In this document: piece by piece, positions 13,148-26,729 of the stretch
How the letters are laid out: each line of letters opens with the position of its first letter
How positions within the stretch are numbered: position 1 is the first letter of the stretch
Assembly (NCBI GenBank): GCA_043228905.1
Contig: JBHGNT010000005.1
Coordinates: 22,196,001 to 22,260,000 of the forward strand
Length of the DNA stretch: 64,000 bases
Source of the DNA: Azolla caroliniana
Lineage: Eukaryota; Plantae; Polypodiophyta
Direction: 5' to 3'
Notes under the pieces: model-generated
The model's database searches: none
What the model was told of the DNA's origin: nothing
The model's input: only the letters and a program-made list of their open reading frames with translations
Translations under genes and position numbers: made by a program

Positions 13148-16100
13148 ATGGAGCTCACAAATGTAAAGTCCTGTGTCGGCACCTTCAGAAAAGAAGTTTA
13201 TGTTGCCATAGTTTGTGCAATCTGGCTTTTCACGTCGATTCGAGCTCTTACTGATAGTCAAGATGGTATTTTTCTCATCTGAGTTTACCTACTGTGTTAG
13301 AACTACATTTGACAAACTTTTGTTTGTTTCTTCGCCATGTTTGATGGTATGTGTTGAATGCTTTAAATCTCACACTCCTGATTTCATACATTGAATCTCA
13401 GCATGTTGAATTTTGAAACTACAGTTGAATAGACTGACTGATCTTATGTGAAATGAAGTAAAACCACAATGCTTTGGTGTTCTCATGATGTTGGAAGATT
13501 GAGGCTGAAATTTGGAGGCTGGACTTGACCTTGCATGACTTTGGTGTGGGTTTCATAATTTAAAGTCTCAGAAGTATGCGTCGAGTTTCAGTTCCCAATC
13601 AATCTAGTCTTATCTAGTGGATAGGAGTAAAATAACAATGCTTCGTTTTCCTCATGATACAAAATAGTGGATAATTAAAGCTGAATTTGGGTTGCTTGAC
13701 TTGGTCTTGCATGTTTGATATGGCTTTAATACTCATGAATTAAGTTTCTTTGTAATCTGATCTTAGCTCAAATGAAGTAAAGTCACAGTGCTTTTAGTTT
13801 TTCATAGTAGAAATTATTGAGATTGGATTGATACACATTTTATGAAACTTCTCCCTTCCTATTGGCTTTTGTGCCCCATGATGCAAGGATATCAACCGTT
13901 ATGCATCCGATTGCTCTGGAAATGTAATAAAGTGTGTTGTTTTTCTCATAATTTGGTTTTGAATACTAGAAATTGCCTTGAACTAGCCCTCTCTTTACAG
14001 ACCGGTCATGATTCCCTTATTTAATAAAAAATCTGTATTACGGTATTCATAAGCAGCACTGAAGCCACTGTGGAAGGAGATAATGCCATTCTGCAACATC
14101 CGTCTGTTGTATAGAAAGCATAAAAGAACATCCCAAACTCAAAAAAAATTAATCAAAGCTCTTGAATAGTGAAGAAAAATTATCCAAATTGACACCCTTG
14201 AAACGAGCAAGGGCTCATATTTCCTTAGAAGCCAGCAAACAACTCTCCAAATAGGAATCCCATATTGTAAACCAGCATTAACCAGCAGAAGATTTATGGT
14301 CCGCCATAGCAGTGTTTCATATATTCTGTCAAACAGGAGTTATGACTGCTGCAAGTGGGGTCGGGACCAATGTATTGTGCCCAAAGTCTAATCATACGAC
14401 TAGCATACATCAACACTTACATGAAAAAGCTTATTTTGTGAGATATCTTCATCTCCTGCATGAAATGCATCTGATAAACCTTTGGTTTCCCATGTCTAGG
14501 GGTGTATTGAATTCAATAGTGTTCTTGCCCAACATGGTGCCTCCCAATCCTAAGGGGGTTATTGAAAGAAAGGTGCCGGTTGATGTGAATTGTCCACAGA
14601 CTGATCATGATGCATAAGTCACATGCTTTACTTTTTCCATAGTATTGGTTGCTGAAGATGTGAAATTGGGTCTTGAATTGAATTTTGATCCCCCTTCTAT
14701 GAGACGTCTCTCTTCCCATTGGCCATGTGGCCTTGGTCAGCTCCTTGAATGTGCCATGTCACTGCGTTTCTCATTTTGCAATCTTTCTGAAACATCTGGC
14801 TACCTTGATATCATGGCATCTGCCATATGTTTGTTCATCACTTATGAATCACACAAATTTCAGATCCTAATTCCTGTGCCACGTGCTCTATGCCATGTCC
14901 CAATGAAGAAAGATTCATGATGCATTTATCTCCTACCACAATATTGGAATAACACATTTTCTCATTTGCCTTTTTGATTGCAGTATATGCCTTGAATCAA
15001 CTGTATACGTCATTAAATTTCTCAACATTTTTATCGAGATGGAGTCCAAGTGGAGGTGACCCATGTGCAGAATCATGGGAAGGTGTGGCATGTGCAGGGC
15101 CCAATGTTACCATCCTGTATGCCACTTGGATTTTGCCCTTGACAATATTTAAAAAAAGATCTAAACTGGGTTTCTAGTTTTTTCATGTTCTTGTTTTGTC
15201 TTGTTACAGGAACCTAACTGGCCTAAGTTTGGTAGGTGGATTGTCGCCTGCATTAGAAAATTTGACTGCCCTAATAGTCTTGTGAGTATGGTCTTAATAC
15301 ACACAAGGGAGCAATAATATTATTTTATTGTATTAGTTTTAAAGCTTATTACAACTTGATAATATTGATTCGTTTTAACTGTCTAGTCCCCAAAATAGAG
15401 ACATTTCTTATGTATCTTAACTGACCTCCATTTTCCTAATTGGCCTTAATCACAGAGATCTCAGCAACAACTTTTTCTCAGGTGGACTTCCCGTGAACCT
15501 TCCACCATATATTCAACAACTGTAAGTGGCAGTACTGATGATGCCTAAACTGGTTGTGCTAGTTAAATGAAGCTATTAGTGGCACACAACCTGATTATGT
15601 AACTGTCTTTTCCTTTGATCTTGTAGAGATCTCTCTGAAAATCAATTTACTGGAAATATACCATTTTCTTACTCCAGCCTAAACAACTTGGATAAACTGT
15701 AAGTTGATTCGATAGGTTAAATTTTTTTGTATTTTTTTCTGATTGCTGACAAGAGAACACGAGGTAATAAATATGTGGAAAGTTATAGTCTCGTTCTAGA
15801 CCCAACATATATCTGTGATTAATAGAATAAAACTTGTTGAAAAAACCCTTCTAACTCTGAACAATATAGCTAAAGGCTTTGGAACACTTATTCTAAATCT
15901 CTTATATATACAGGTACGTGAGTAATAATTTATTATCTGGGACGCTTTTGGACATGTGGGGTCAACTAGAAATGCTGGAAACCTTGTAGGTAACCTTATA
16001 TGTATTGGTCCAAATAAAACAACACACTATAAAGCACAAACTGAGCAGTATTACTTGAAATTTGATTGGCATGATGTTATTAAATATGTTTTTTACTCAA

Positions 16101-17164
16101 ACGTCTCAAATCAGGTTTAATTGTTTTTTGTAAAAATTCCTTAACTGGAGGGCATGTTTTAATGTTTTGGGTTGTGTCTATAGAGATCTGTCAAGCAATG
16201 AATTCGATGGTTCGATTCCCCAGACCTTTCAAGCATTACCAAGTCTCACTCAATTGTAAGTACATTTTCTCCTATTTGTAATATTTAGCAATATAATGCA
16301 TTGTTTGTTTAGAAACTTTTGATGATATTCTCTTGCACATTACACATACCAGGTATCTACAAGAAAATCAATTTTCAGGCTCCATAAACATGCTAGCGAA
16401 TCTTCCACTGACAGATTTGTGAGATCCTATGAGAAGAAAGTTGCCATATATTGGAGAATTTAAATTCTTTCTCCAAACATCAGCTGATAAAATGTTTTAC
16501 TTATGTTTCTGACAGGAATGTATCAAGCAACAGGTTGACAGGATGGATTCCATCACAACTGCAGAAATTTCCTTCATCAAGGTGTGTGAAGCATACAATT
16601 GGAATTACTTAGCTCCTAGGTAATAATCATGGTTCAGATGTGGTATGTTGTTTTGTGAGAGTGGGCTGTGTTGTATGAATGTAGCTTTGCAGGAAATTCG
16701 TTCAATACATTTCCTGCTCCTCCACCACCACCTCCTCATTTGAGCCCCCCACCTCCATCAGCTCCACCAAACTCTACGAATGGTCTAGAGAAAACTTCTC
16801 CAACAAGTAGACAGACACCAGAATCTCAAGGTTACTTGACAGTTGGAAAACGGATAGGAATCGCAGCAGCTAGCCTCTTAGGATTTATGGTCTTCTTGCT
16901 TATCATTGCTTTCTTTGTCTCAAGAAGGCGTCATAAACGAAAGGAAGAGAAATATGATCCTGAAAAGTCCTGGCACAGCACCTTCACTTCTTCTTGGAAA
17001 GGTGCATTCAATCCATCCAAACTAGATGAAAGCAATGAATATGTATACACCTTTATGTATAATTATACATGGACATTCACATACACATGCACATACACAT
17101 GGACATGGACATTCACATACACATACACATACCCATACGCATACCCATACCCATACCCATACGC

Positions 17165-17213
<49 letters not shown>

Positions 17214-17359
17214 TACGCATACGCATACGCATACACATACACATACGCATACGCATACACATACACATACGCATACGCATACACATAATACACATACGCA
17301 TACGCATACGCATAATACACATACGCATACGCATATGCAGCATACGCATACACATACCC

Positions 17360-17390
<31 letters not shown>

Positions 17391-17491
17391 TCCACATCCA
17401 CATCCACATCCACATACACATACACATACACATGCACATGCACATGCACATGCACATGCACATGCACATGCACATGCACATGCACATGCAC

Positions 17492-17528
<37 letters not shown>

Positions 17529-20500
17529 TACTCATACACATACACATACACATACACATACATACACACATACGCATACGCATACACATACACATACCCA
17601 TACACATACACATATGCATACACATACCCATACCCATACGCATACACATTCACATACACATACACATACACATACATGCTGTATAATTTATCCATGTAAT
17701 TATCATTATAGTATTAACATTGTACATTTTATGACAGGTGACCGTAAACAACCTTTTGTTCCGGTTCAAGACCAGACAGAAGAATCAAGGAAAGTGGTAA
17801 AGCCACCACCAAAAGCCAAAACACTGGAGTTTTCTGCATTGAAGCCGCCTCCATTGCCTTTTGAAGACTTCAAGCCTGAAAATAGTCAAGACTACACTCG
17901 AGACAACAGATCACCAGAATTTTCTGTCTTGAGGCCTCCCCCCTTACCTTTTGAAAGTTTTAAGCTTGGGAACAGTGAAGAGTCTACCCCTAGAGCTGCA
18001 AATATTGCACGAAAGATATCAATCGAGGCACAAGAGTTCACTATTGCAGAGTTACAAGTAGCAACTCAGAGCTTTGCTGAAGAGAACCTTATTGGTGAAG
18101 GGGTGGATGCTAAAGTCTATAAGGCTAAGATTGCAGATGGAAATGTATGTGTCGATTTCAATGTGATCCAAATTCTCTTTCCCTCACACCTTTTAAAGAA
18201 AATAAATGGTTCGTTATATATTGGTGAAGTGAAGAACCACAAAAAAATGTATACAAGGGAGGAATCAGCAGGTCATTATATATATCTTAAGACCAGAATA
18301 TGCAAAGAAGAGGGCATATATATCCTCCTTGATACACATTACAAGTACATAAAGTTTGCCTGATGGAAAATTTGCGAAAGTCTGATATAGGTTGCAGGTA
18401 AGTTGATCATAATGGAATTGGTTGTGTGATAAGTCTGACCCATGCAAAAAAGACTGTTAATGCCTGAAGACCCCAAGTCATACTGGACTTATATGAGCTG
18501 GAAATGGTAGTTGTAGATAATGATTGACCTCCAGTAAAGTGGGTTATTGTGGACAATCCCCAAAGCAGATTGTAATGATCATAAAACATCTGTTTTAAGT
18601 CACATATGCCTGAGGGTATTCTGAATAATTGGCTCTAGTGGCATACTGCTTTGTCATGGATAAATTTGACCTTCAAGGGATGCTAAAACCCTTACGAAGG
18701 CATGCAAAAGAAAATTCATTAGATGTTAGATACAAAGGTAAAGGTCTAATTAATGTGTCAATAAAAGGTGATTTCAGTTTTTCTTGAAAATCTGAAGTGC
18801 CCTTCTAGATCTATTCATTTATGGTATAAACACCATAATCATATTGTTTTTGTTTGTAAATTGGGAAATCAATGTTCCCTTGTGTGTGTGCGTATGCATA
18901 TGTTTGATAATATTACACATAACCTTTGGCTTGTTTCGTTATGATCAGTTTGCAGTTGTGAAGAAGCTCAATTATTCTATTAACAGAGTAAGTGATGAGG
19001 ACTTTCTTGACTTTGTATGGAAAGTATCACATCTCCGGCATCCAAGTATAGTAAGACTCCTCGGATATTGCATCGAACATGGAGAACGTCTTCTTGTATA
19101 TGAATTTGTGGGCAATGGAACTCTTTATGAAAGCTTGCATTCAGATTTAGGAGGGAATACGAAGTTACCATGGAAAACCCGTGTAAAGATTGCCCTAGGG
19201 GTTGCCAAGGCTTTAGAGTTAAGTATTTTTTGATTTTTTTTTGATATCATCAGAAGGATGTCATGTTTATTTCAAACTCGCATATTTTTTTTAGTTGATA
19301 ATGGTCTGAAGGATTGTTCCACATGCTTGTTATGTTTTCTTGCCAGATACTTGCATGAAGAATGCAAACCACCTGTTATCCATGGCAACTTGACATCAAC
19401 CAATATTCTCCTTGATGAAGATCTTCTTCCTCATCTCTCTGACTGTGGACTTGTGACTGAAAATGTATGAACATATCTATTGATAGAAAATAAATTAGCT
19501 TCTTTGGATAAGCCTCCACATGCTCACTAATATGGGGATTTATGAGAAGTTAATAATGACTTGAGGTTTGACCTATTCTTCTTTACTCCAATTTTTTACT
19601 TGTTACTTTTGTTAGGGTTCCTCCAAGCGGTTTGTCTATAATGCCCCTGAATTTTTGTCACCTGAGGCTGACAAGGAAGCGATTGATACATATAATTTTG
19701 GAGTCGTTATGTTGGAATTATTGACAGGGCGTAAAAAAGTAGACAGGTACTGTTTTGCAAAACTTATATTACTTGCAACCTGGAAATTCAAATATTTTTG
19801 GTAAAATATTGCAATCTCATACTTGGTGATATTCCCGATATACTTTTAGAGCAAGACCTAGGTCAGAGCAATGTCTATTGAGATGGGCAGTCCCACAATT
19901 GCATGATATCAATGCACTCGAAAAAATGGTTGATCCAGCTATCGAAGGAATGCATGCTAAGAGATCTGTGTCTAGATTCGCCGACATCATACATCGGTGT
20001 GTCCTGGTACGAAATATTGATCATTTCTGGATTTCTTTTTCAAGTTTTGACCAAGATATATAATATACCAACCAACTAATCACCGACCAGAATATTGTTA
20101 ATATCTGTATTTTTTGCAGTTTTTGCTTAAGTTCTACTTTTTACCAAATGGAAATTGGTACATTCACAGTTTTTTCCGTATTTTCACAGTTTCTTTTTTT
20201 TGAGTTCAGAAATATGATTATTTGCACTACAAATGATAGCCAGATTCCATCCCCCCAAAAAACTGTGAAAATACGGAAAAAACTGTGAATTTACCAATTT
20301 CCCAAATTTAATATATATTTGCAAAATAAAACTATTACCAATCAAGAAATTATGCTTCGGCCAGTCTCTAACTTAATGTGTATGTAGAGATTGATATTGA
20401 CTAATCATCAGTTAGCAAAATATTTGATAATATGTGGAAATTATCAAGTTTTTCTTAAGCTCCAATATATGTATATCACCTAATTACCTCACAAAATATT

Positions 20501-20742
20501 GGTAATTTTTTGATTGCTTCATGTTTTCCTGAAGCTCTCCTTCTCATTTGTATCTATTTTGATATAAACAGAATCATCTAGCAGAAAATCATTCATATTT
20601 TGATTTATGAAGTTTTTCTCAAGTTCCAATTTTGTTTCTTTTCATATTGTTTTTGTAATAGACGGGGCCAGAATTTAAGCCTTCAATGTCGGCGGTGAGA
20701 CAAGACTTGGAGCGTCTGCTGGAATGTGATGATGATGTTTAA
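13148..20742 (+). CDS. SRF: STRUBBELIG-receptor family (SRF, LRR-V) leucine-rich-repeat receptor-like kinase, probable pseudokinase, ~738 aa
   Basis: 16 GT-AG exons: 13148-13265, 14984-15116, 15210-15281, 15456-15521, 15627-15698, 15914-15985, 16184-16255, 16353-16418, 16516-16581, 16685-17001, 17738-18144, 18949-19217, 19347-19464, 19616-19746, 19850-20006, 20662-20742 (2217 nt, in frame). Signal peptide + [25 protein letters not shown], 66/72-nt LRR exons, Pro-rich stalk, TM, kinase with SDCGL and the SRF-typical [18 protein letters not shown]. Confidence 0.93.
13450..13825. repeat. Three diverged ~150-170 bp tandem copies in SRF intron 1
   Basis: AAATGAAGTAAAACCACAATGCTT / GATAGGAGTAAAATAACAATGCTT / AAATGAAGTAAAGTCACAGTGCTT recur near 13451, 13620 and 13770; copies 1-2 share GACTTG..CTTGCATG. 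Confidence 0.55.
14050..14900 (-). mobile_element. LINE (L1-like) 3' ORF2 fragment antisense in SRF intron 1
   Basis: Minus strand gives [13 protein letters not shown]...IGPDPTCS...C.TEYMKHC, resembling the zf-RVT zinc-binding region. Boundaries approximate. Confidence 0.45.
17067..17678. repeat. Compound hexanucleotide microsatellite (CACATA)n with CGCATA, CCCATA, CACATG, CACATC and GACATG blocks in SRF intron 10
   Basis: Read directly, ~100 units. It generates the spurious poly-HT/HI/YT/CM ORFs. Confidence 0.97.
20150..20302. mobile_element. MITE-like inverted-repeat element in SRF intron 15
   Basis: GGAAATTGGTACATTCACAGTTTTTTCCGTATTTTCACAGTT at 20150 and its near-perfect reverse complement ending at 20302; CAAAT on both flanks. 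Confidence 0.75.
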
Positions 20743-21979
20743 TTGAGGTAAAGAGCTATGGTGGAGCGATGAAAGCGTGATTCATTCATAAAGATTTGTA
20801 ATTCAAGGTTGTAGCTTCAACCTTTAGTAGCACTTTTACTAGGTTGAATCTACAACCTCGACTTTACTTTTGCTTCTGAATCGATCAGTTACCTGCCGAT
20901 CGAGTTATGACTGAATTGGAATCCCATTGACACATCAGTTGGAAATCAGCAAGGCGTCAGATGTTTGTTTCAATCCAATTCTTATAGTATGTGGAGATTT
21001 TGGCATCACAATCTCAGAGTAAGTAGATATACTCAAAATTGGAAGAATCATTCTTTTCCTAAGTGCAACAATTGCGGGTTTTCGCTTTAATACTACAAAG
21101 AGAGGGATACCCATGTTGAAAAATGTTTTTGAGTTAAAGTATGCTAGAGTGAAAAGCATTATGTATTAATACCTACATAGAATGGAAAAAACCCACATCA
21201 TATACCGAATTCCTTTTATTGAAGAAGATAAGCCCTCAACTGTTAAGCCTAAGGATGCAATTAACAAGTGGATACTGGTCGTTTTATTGATACGATCAAC
21301 AAAGTGTCCATTTTGACTGTTGTAGAATTGGGAACAATTTCCTTAGATCGCATTCAATCGAGTACTCTCGCACTATAAATTTTAATGAAATGCACACATT
21401 CAAAACCCTTGCTCAATTTTTTGTATTGAATATAATCTTAAATAAAAATGTAATTTGATTTTTAATATAAAGGTCATTTGAGCTTGCAATAATTGACCAA
21501 CTTGTGTTTTTAAGTGTGACCAACAACAAGCCTTCCAAGTAAATTGGTGATCAAACTTTATTGGGGTTTGGTGTTATTACCCACATGAAGCATTTTTTGT
21601 TGATGGATCTAGATAATCGTTGATTTGGAGTAACGTTTAATTTAGAGGAATATCACACATCAGCATGAGTAGAGGTGCAATGCGTTGGAAAAAAAAACGA
21701 TGTTAGTACATAACAATCAACAATCACCAATATATGATTTTACCAATCTAATGAAATACTTTTTGCATCGGATTTGCTATCATAACAGAATTGGAATAAT
21801 CTAAAGATGTTGGATATGTCATAGATTGTTATTAGATTATAAATACAACAATTCTAGGAAGTTTAAATATATTCATGATCAAGTTTCATCTAAGAGCATC
21901 AAATTGATGAGTCAATTTGTTAATCCTTTGAGCTCTCCGACCATTCATGTCAATATTGACTACTTTGCAATTTCCAATG

Positions 21980-22290
21980 CCACAAAGTTGTTGATAAAAT
22001 GCTTCTTGTGCTCAAAATGCTAATGAAGCCTAAGGCTAAAAAAATGGTTTGTCATTGTCTACATACCAAGCTTGATTTATTGAACTCTTGAAATTCTGTT
22101 GCCATTCACAATATACAAGTTCCATTAGCACAAAGTTGTTGAGAAAATGTTTCTTGTGCTCAAAATGCTAATGAAGTGTAAGGCCAAAAAAAAGGTTTGC
22201 CATTGTCTAGATACCAAGCTTGATTTGTTTGAACTCTTGAAATTTTGCTGCCCATCACTACAAACGAGTTCCATTGCCACAAACTTGTTT
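21980..22290. repeat. ~149-bp tandem duplication (2 copies + partial third)
   Basis: CACAAAGTTGTTGA.AAAATG.TTCTTGTGCTCAAAATGCTAATGAAG at ~21981 and ~22129, partial at ~22278. The minus strand reads NQAWY[V/L]DN, resembling a copia protease motif. Confidence 0.8.
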
Positions 22291-22713
22291 AAACAAAATG
22301 CAAGGGTTCATAGTTAGTAGTGTCATGGCACCTCGGGGTTCCATCATCCAATAATGAATAATATACATTTGTGATAATCTCATTCCAGCAATGATGCATA
22401 TATATCATGTCATGAAGTGTTCACGAATAAAAATTCCACTTAAGGTAACAAATGTTTTGCCTTGAAGATGGTTTAGGTTTATAGGTGCAAAGGTTTGAAT
22501 CTCCAAGGTGTGATACAAGCATTAAATATTGAATGTGTATGCTACAACCACATTGAACCCTTGTGAAGTCTACTAAACGATCAATAGACAAAAATTGGAA
22601 GATTTGACAAGGTACTTTGCATGTGTGCCATGTGGCAATGTATGTGGTAGCATGTGAATTACATGCAAAGAGCACTTTCAGATGTATACATATATAGACT
22701 CTCAAGTTAATTC

Positions 22714-22982
22714 TGTTGGGAATCCGGTCCCTCCGAATGGGGTAGGACGAGCCGCATCGAACGAGCCGAAGCAAGAAGCCGGATCGGACGGACCAGGAAC
22801 GGGTCCGGCCGGATCCGATGTGAACCATGAGAAGGGACATATTGGTAAATATGTTCCTATGTGCCATTGAGGCCATACTTGTAAATAGCTCGAAAAGTAT
22901 TATGAGTATAAATATAACTAGGGCAACTAGAGAGTATCATGATCATTATTCGAGTTGAGTATTGTTGTTGTAGAGACAATGT

Positions 22983-23050
<68 letters not shown>

Positions 23051-23318
23051 AGAAAGTAAGTTTCTGTTGTAACCGCTTGTTAGCGAGGTCATAGAGCTCG
23101 AGGTCGGTGCCTCTGAGCTTCACATTGTATCTCTCTACTTCATATAGCGATTTGGTTCGGAGTTAGAGGACTCTCGTGGTTTTGCCTCCTTGAGGTTTTC
23201 CACATTAATATCCTGTGTCATCTTATTTCGTGTGCAAGTGTGTATCAATCTACTTGTTTTATTTGTTTCTTCCATCGTGTGTTTGAGGCTCGGTTGTGGC
23301 CGAGCACTATTTGTATCA
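22714..23318 (+). repeat. 5' LTR
   Basis: TG...CA ends, aligns with 26730-27269, followed by a tRNA-iMet PBS. Confidence 0.95.
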
Positions 23319-26300
23319 ATCTGGTATCAGGATTTAGAGCATTTTTTGGTTTCAAGTCTACATAGAAAATGGAAGATCCATTCGGCGGCATGTTCAAGCT
23401 CACCGGCTCCAACTACTCAGTGTGGAAGTCGAAGATGAGGGACATGCCGGTGGTAAAAGATCTCTAGCTGCGAACAGTTTGGAGGTGCAAAGCCGGACAA
23501 AATAGAAGAATGTTTCGGATTGGAAAGGAACATCGGTAATCATGACAAGCGAAGAAGAATTGTTGCTCATCACTGAGGAGAACAAGCTACATCTTGTCAG
23601 TGACGAAACAACATGGGTGGTCGACTCCGGAGCGTCGTTCCATTTGACTCCCAACCGGAAGTGCTTCGTGTCCTACAGAGCATGAAATCATGGCTATGTG
23701 AATGGGGAGTGAAGGTGCATGTCGAATTGTCGGCATTGGAGACATGTGGCTGACTATGTCAACCGGGTGCAAGTTGCTGCTGAAAGATGTCGACACGTTC
23801 TAGAGGTTCGGTTGAACCTCATATCAATCGCTAGGTGAGATGATGAAGGCTACACGTGTTGCATCCGGAACGGAGTCATGAAGTTCAGCAAAGGAAGCTT
23901 GATCGTGGCCCAAGCTTGAAAGATCAACACCTTGTACTTGATGCATGCCTGGATTTGTCGGGAGGAAGTAAACATTGCATCTGACACTGCTTGTGAGTTG
24001 TGGCACAAGAGGTTTTGTCACATGAGCCAGAAAGGGATTAGAAGACTTGCCGAGGATAACCTCATTCTGAAGGTGAAAGACACGCAACTTGAGAAGTGCA
24101 CCGATTGTTTGGCTGGCAAGCAGAACCGAACCTCTTTCCGGTCGAGACCACCGACAAGACAGAAAGAACCACTAGAGCTCGTGCATACCGATGTATGCCA
24201 AGTGGACACAAAGTCACATGCTAGGTCGTAGTACTTTGTGACGTTCATAGATGAACACAACCGAAAGTTGTGGGTCTCACCGCTAAAGACGAAGGATCAG
24301 GCACTGATTGTCTTCAAGGAGTTCCATGCAAAAGTGGAAAGAGAAACCAGCCGAAAGTTGAAGGCAGTTCGAGCCGACAATGGTGGAGAGTACCAAGGGC
24401 AGTTCAAGAAATATTGTCAGTCAAAATGAATCCGGCCAGAATTTACCATGCCGAAGATGTCGGAGATGAACGGATTGGCCAAAAGGATGAACCAGACCGT
24501 GATGGAGAGAGCCTAGAGCATGTTGGCACATGCTAAGGTGCCCAAGACGTTTTGGGCTGAGGCGTTGATGACGGCAACCTATCTGATAAACATATCACCC
24601 TCAACACCCTTGGAAAAAAATACACCACAGAGAGTATGAACCAGTAAAGACGTGTCTTATCGGCATCTGATGGTATTCGGTTGTCTTGCCTATGTGCATG
24701 TAGCAAAGGACAAGAGAGCAAAATTGGACCCGAAATCTTGGCCATGCATATTCCTCGAATACGACGATGATGAGTTCGACTACCAAGTGTGGGACTTGGT
24801 CGACAAGAAGGTCTTTCGGAGCCAACACATAGTCTTCATGGAAGACAAGACCATTGCCGATTAGGAGTCGAAGAAGAAGATAGCGGACTCCGGGTTGACT
24901 GAAAAAGATCGTTCGAAAGATACAGGGACCCATCTGGCCGGAAGCCGAATGACACTCGATGAACATGCCGAATTTGGATGAGGAACCGAACCAATCGAAG
25001 AAGAATTTGACACCAAAACCGGACAAGGCCCCGAATAAGATTCGGATGAAGAACAAACACAGGAACCAGTTGTTGAAAACCAAGGACGGAGATATCCTCT
25101 CATGGAAAGAAGAGCTCCCCAGAGATTTCCGGAAGAAGAGTGTGTTTTGCTGACCAACGAGGGGGAGTCGGAAAGCTTTGAAGAAGCAACGAGGGATGCC
25201 CACAACTGAAAATGGTTGAGTGCCATGCATGATGAAATGGATTCCCTACATGAGAACCATACATATGAACTTATGGAGCTGCCGAAAGGAAAGAGAGCGC
25301 TCCGGAACAAGTGGATGTACAAGTTAAAACTGGGAGATGCCAGAAATCCACCAAGATACAAACCCCAGATCCTGGTGAAGGGATTCCAACAAAAGAAAGG
25401 AGTGGATTTCAACAAGATCTTTGCACTGGTAGTCAAGATGACATCCATCTAGACAATGTTGAGCATAGCGGCAAGCATGGACCTCAAGGTCGAGCAACTA
25501 AACTTCAAGACGACGTTTCTACATGGTGACCTCGAGGAAGAGATCTACATGTAGTAGCCAGAGGGATTCGTCAAGAAACGGAAGGAGAACCTTGTGTGTC
25601 AGTTGAAGAAGAGCTTATACAAACTGAAGCAAGCCCCCCGGCAATGGTACCGGAAGTTCGACTCCATGACTGATCAAGGATACCAAAAGAAGTAGGCTGG
25701 CCACTGCGTATTTGTGAAGAAGTTCGACGAAGGAGACTTCTTGATATTGTTGTTGTACGTGGATGATATGTTGATCGTTGGATGGGACCGTATCAAAATC
25801 GGGATGCTGAAGAAGGCCTTGAGCTAGTCATTCGCAATGAAAGATATGGGTTCGGCGACACAGATATTGGGGATGCACATATCCGGAACTGGTCGAAGAA
25901 ACAACTATGGCTGTCACAGGAGAAGTGTGTGAAAAAGGTGCTTCAAAGGTTCAGCAGGTCATATGCTAAGCACCTTCCGACAAATTGCAAACTATCTGGA
26001 AAGTAGAGCCCAAAGACAAAGTCAGAGAAGTCGGAAATGATGAAGATACTATATGCCTCTGTAGTCGAAAGCCTCATGTACGCAATCGTGTGTGCACGAT
26101 CGGACATCGGATATGCAATCGGAGTGGTCAACCGATTCATGAGCAATCTAGGAAGAGAACACTGGGTCGTCATCAAGTGGATACTCCGGTACCTAAAGGC
26201 ACCTCAAGCATGTGCCTCTGATTCAGCTCAAGTAATCCCCAACTTGAAGGGTTCACCGATTCGAACATGTCGGCTAATGCAGATATCAACCGGTCTACAT

Positions 26301-26729
26301 CCAGATACGTCATGACATATGCAAGGGGAGTCGTATCGTGGTAGTCGAGGTTGTCGAAGTCCGTTGCACTGTTGACAACGGAAGCGGAGTACATGGTAGT
26401 TGTGGAAGCCGGCAAGGAAGTAATCTGGATGAGGGACTTCATCGGAGAGTTGGGGATCCGGCATGAGGAATATCAGCTCTACTGCAACTGTCAAAACATC
26501 ATCCAACTTGCAAAGAATGCATCCTACCACTCCAGGACGAAGCACATCCAACGTTAATACCACTGGCCTCATGAGAGAGTAGAAGATCAAGACTTCACTT
26601 TGGTGAAGATACACACTGAGGAGAATGGGTCAGATATGCTAACCAGGGTGTTGTTAGCCGACAAACTAGACGCGCGCCGGAGACAACTCAGATTGACAAG
26701 GAACCCCATGCCAGAGTAGAGGGGGAGTT

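Noticed and set aside
17026-18363. 445-aa poly-His-Thr ORF fused to kinase sequence (and overlapping poly-HI, YV, CM ORFs)
   Set aside because: The repeat lies in GT-AG intron 17002-17737; only 17738-18144 is a real exon. Stop-free hexamer repeats give ORFs in all frames.
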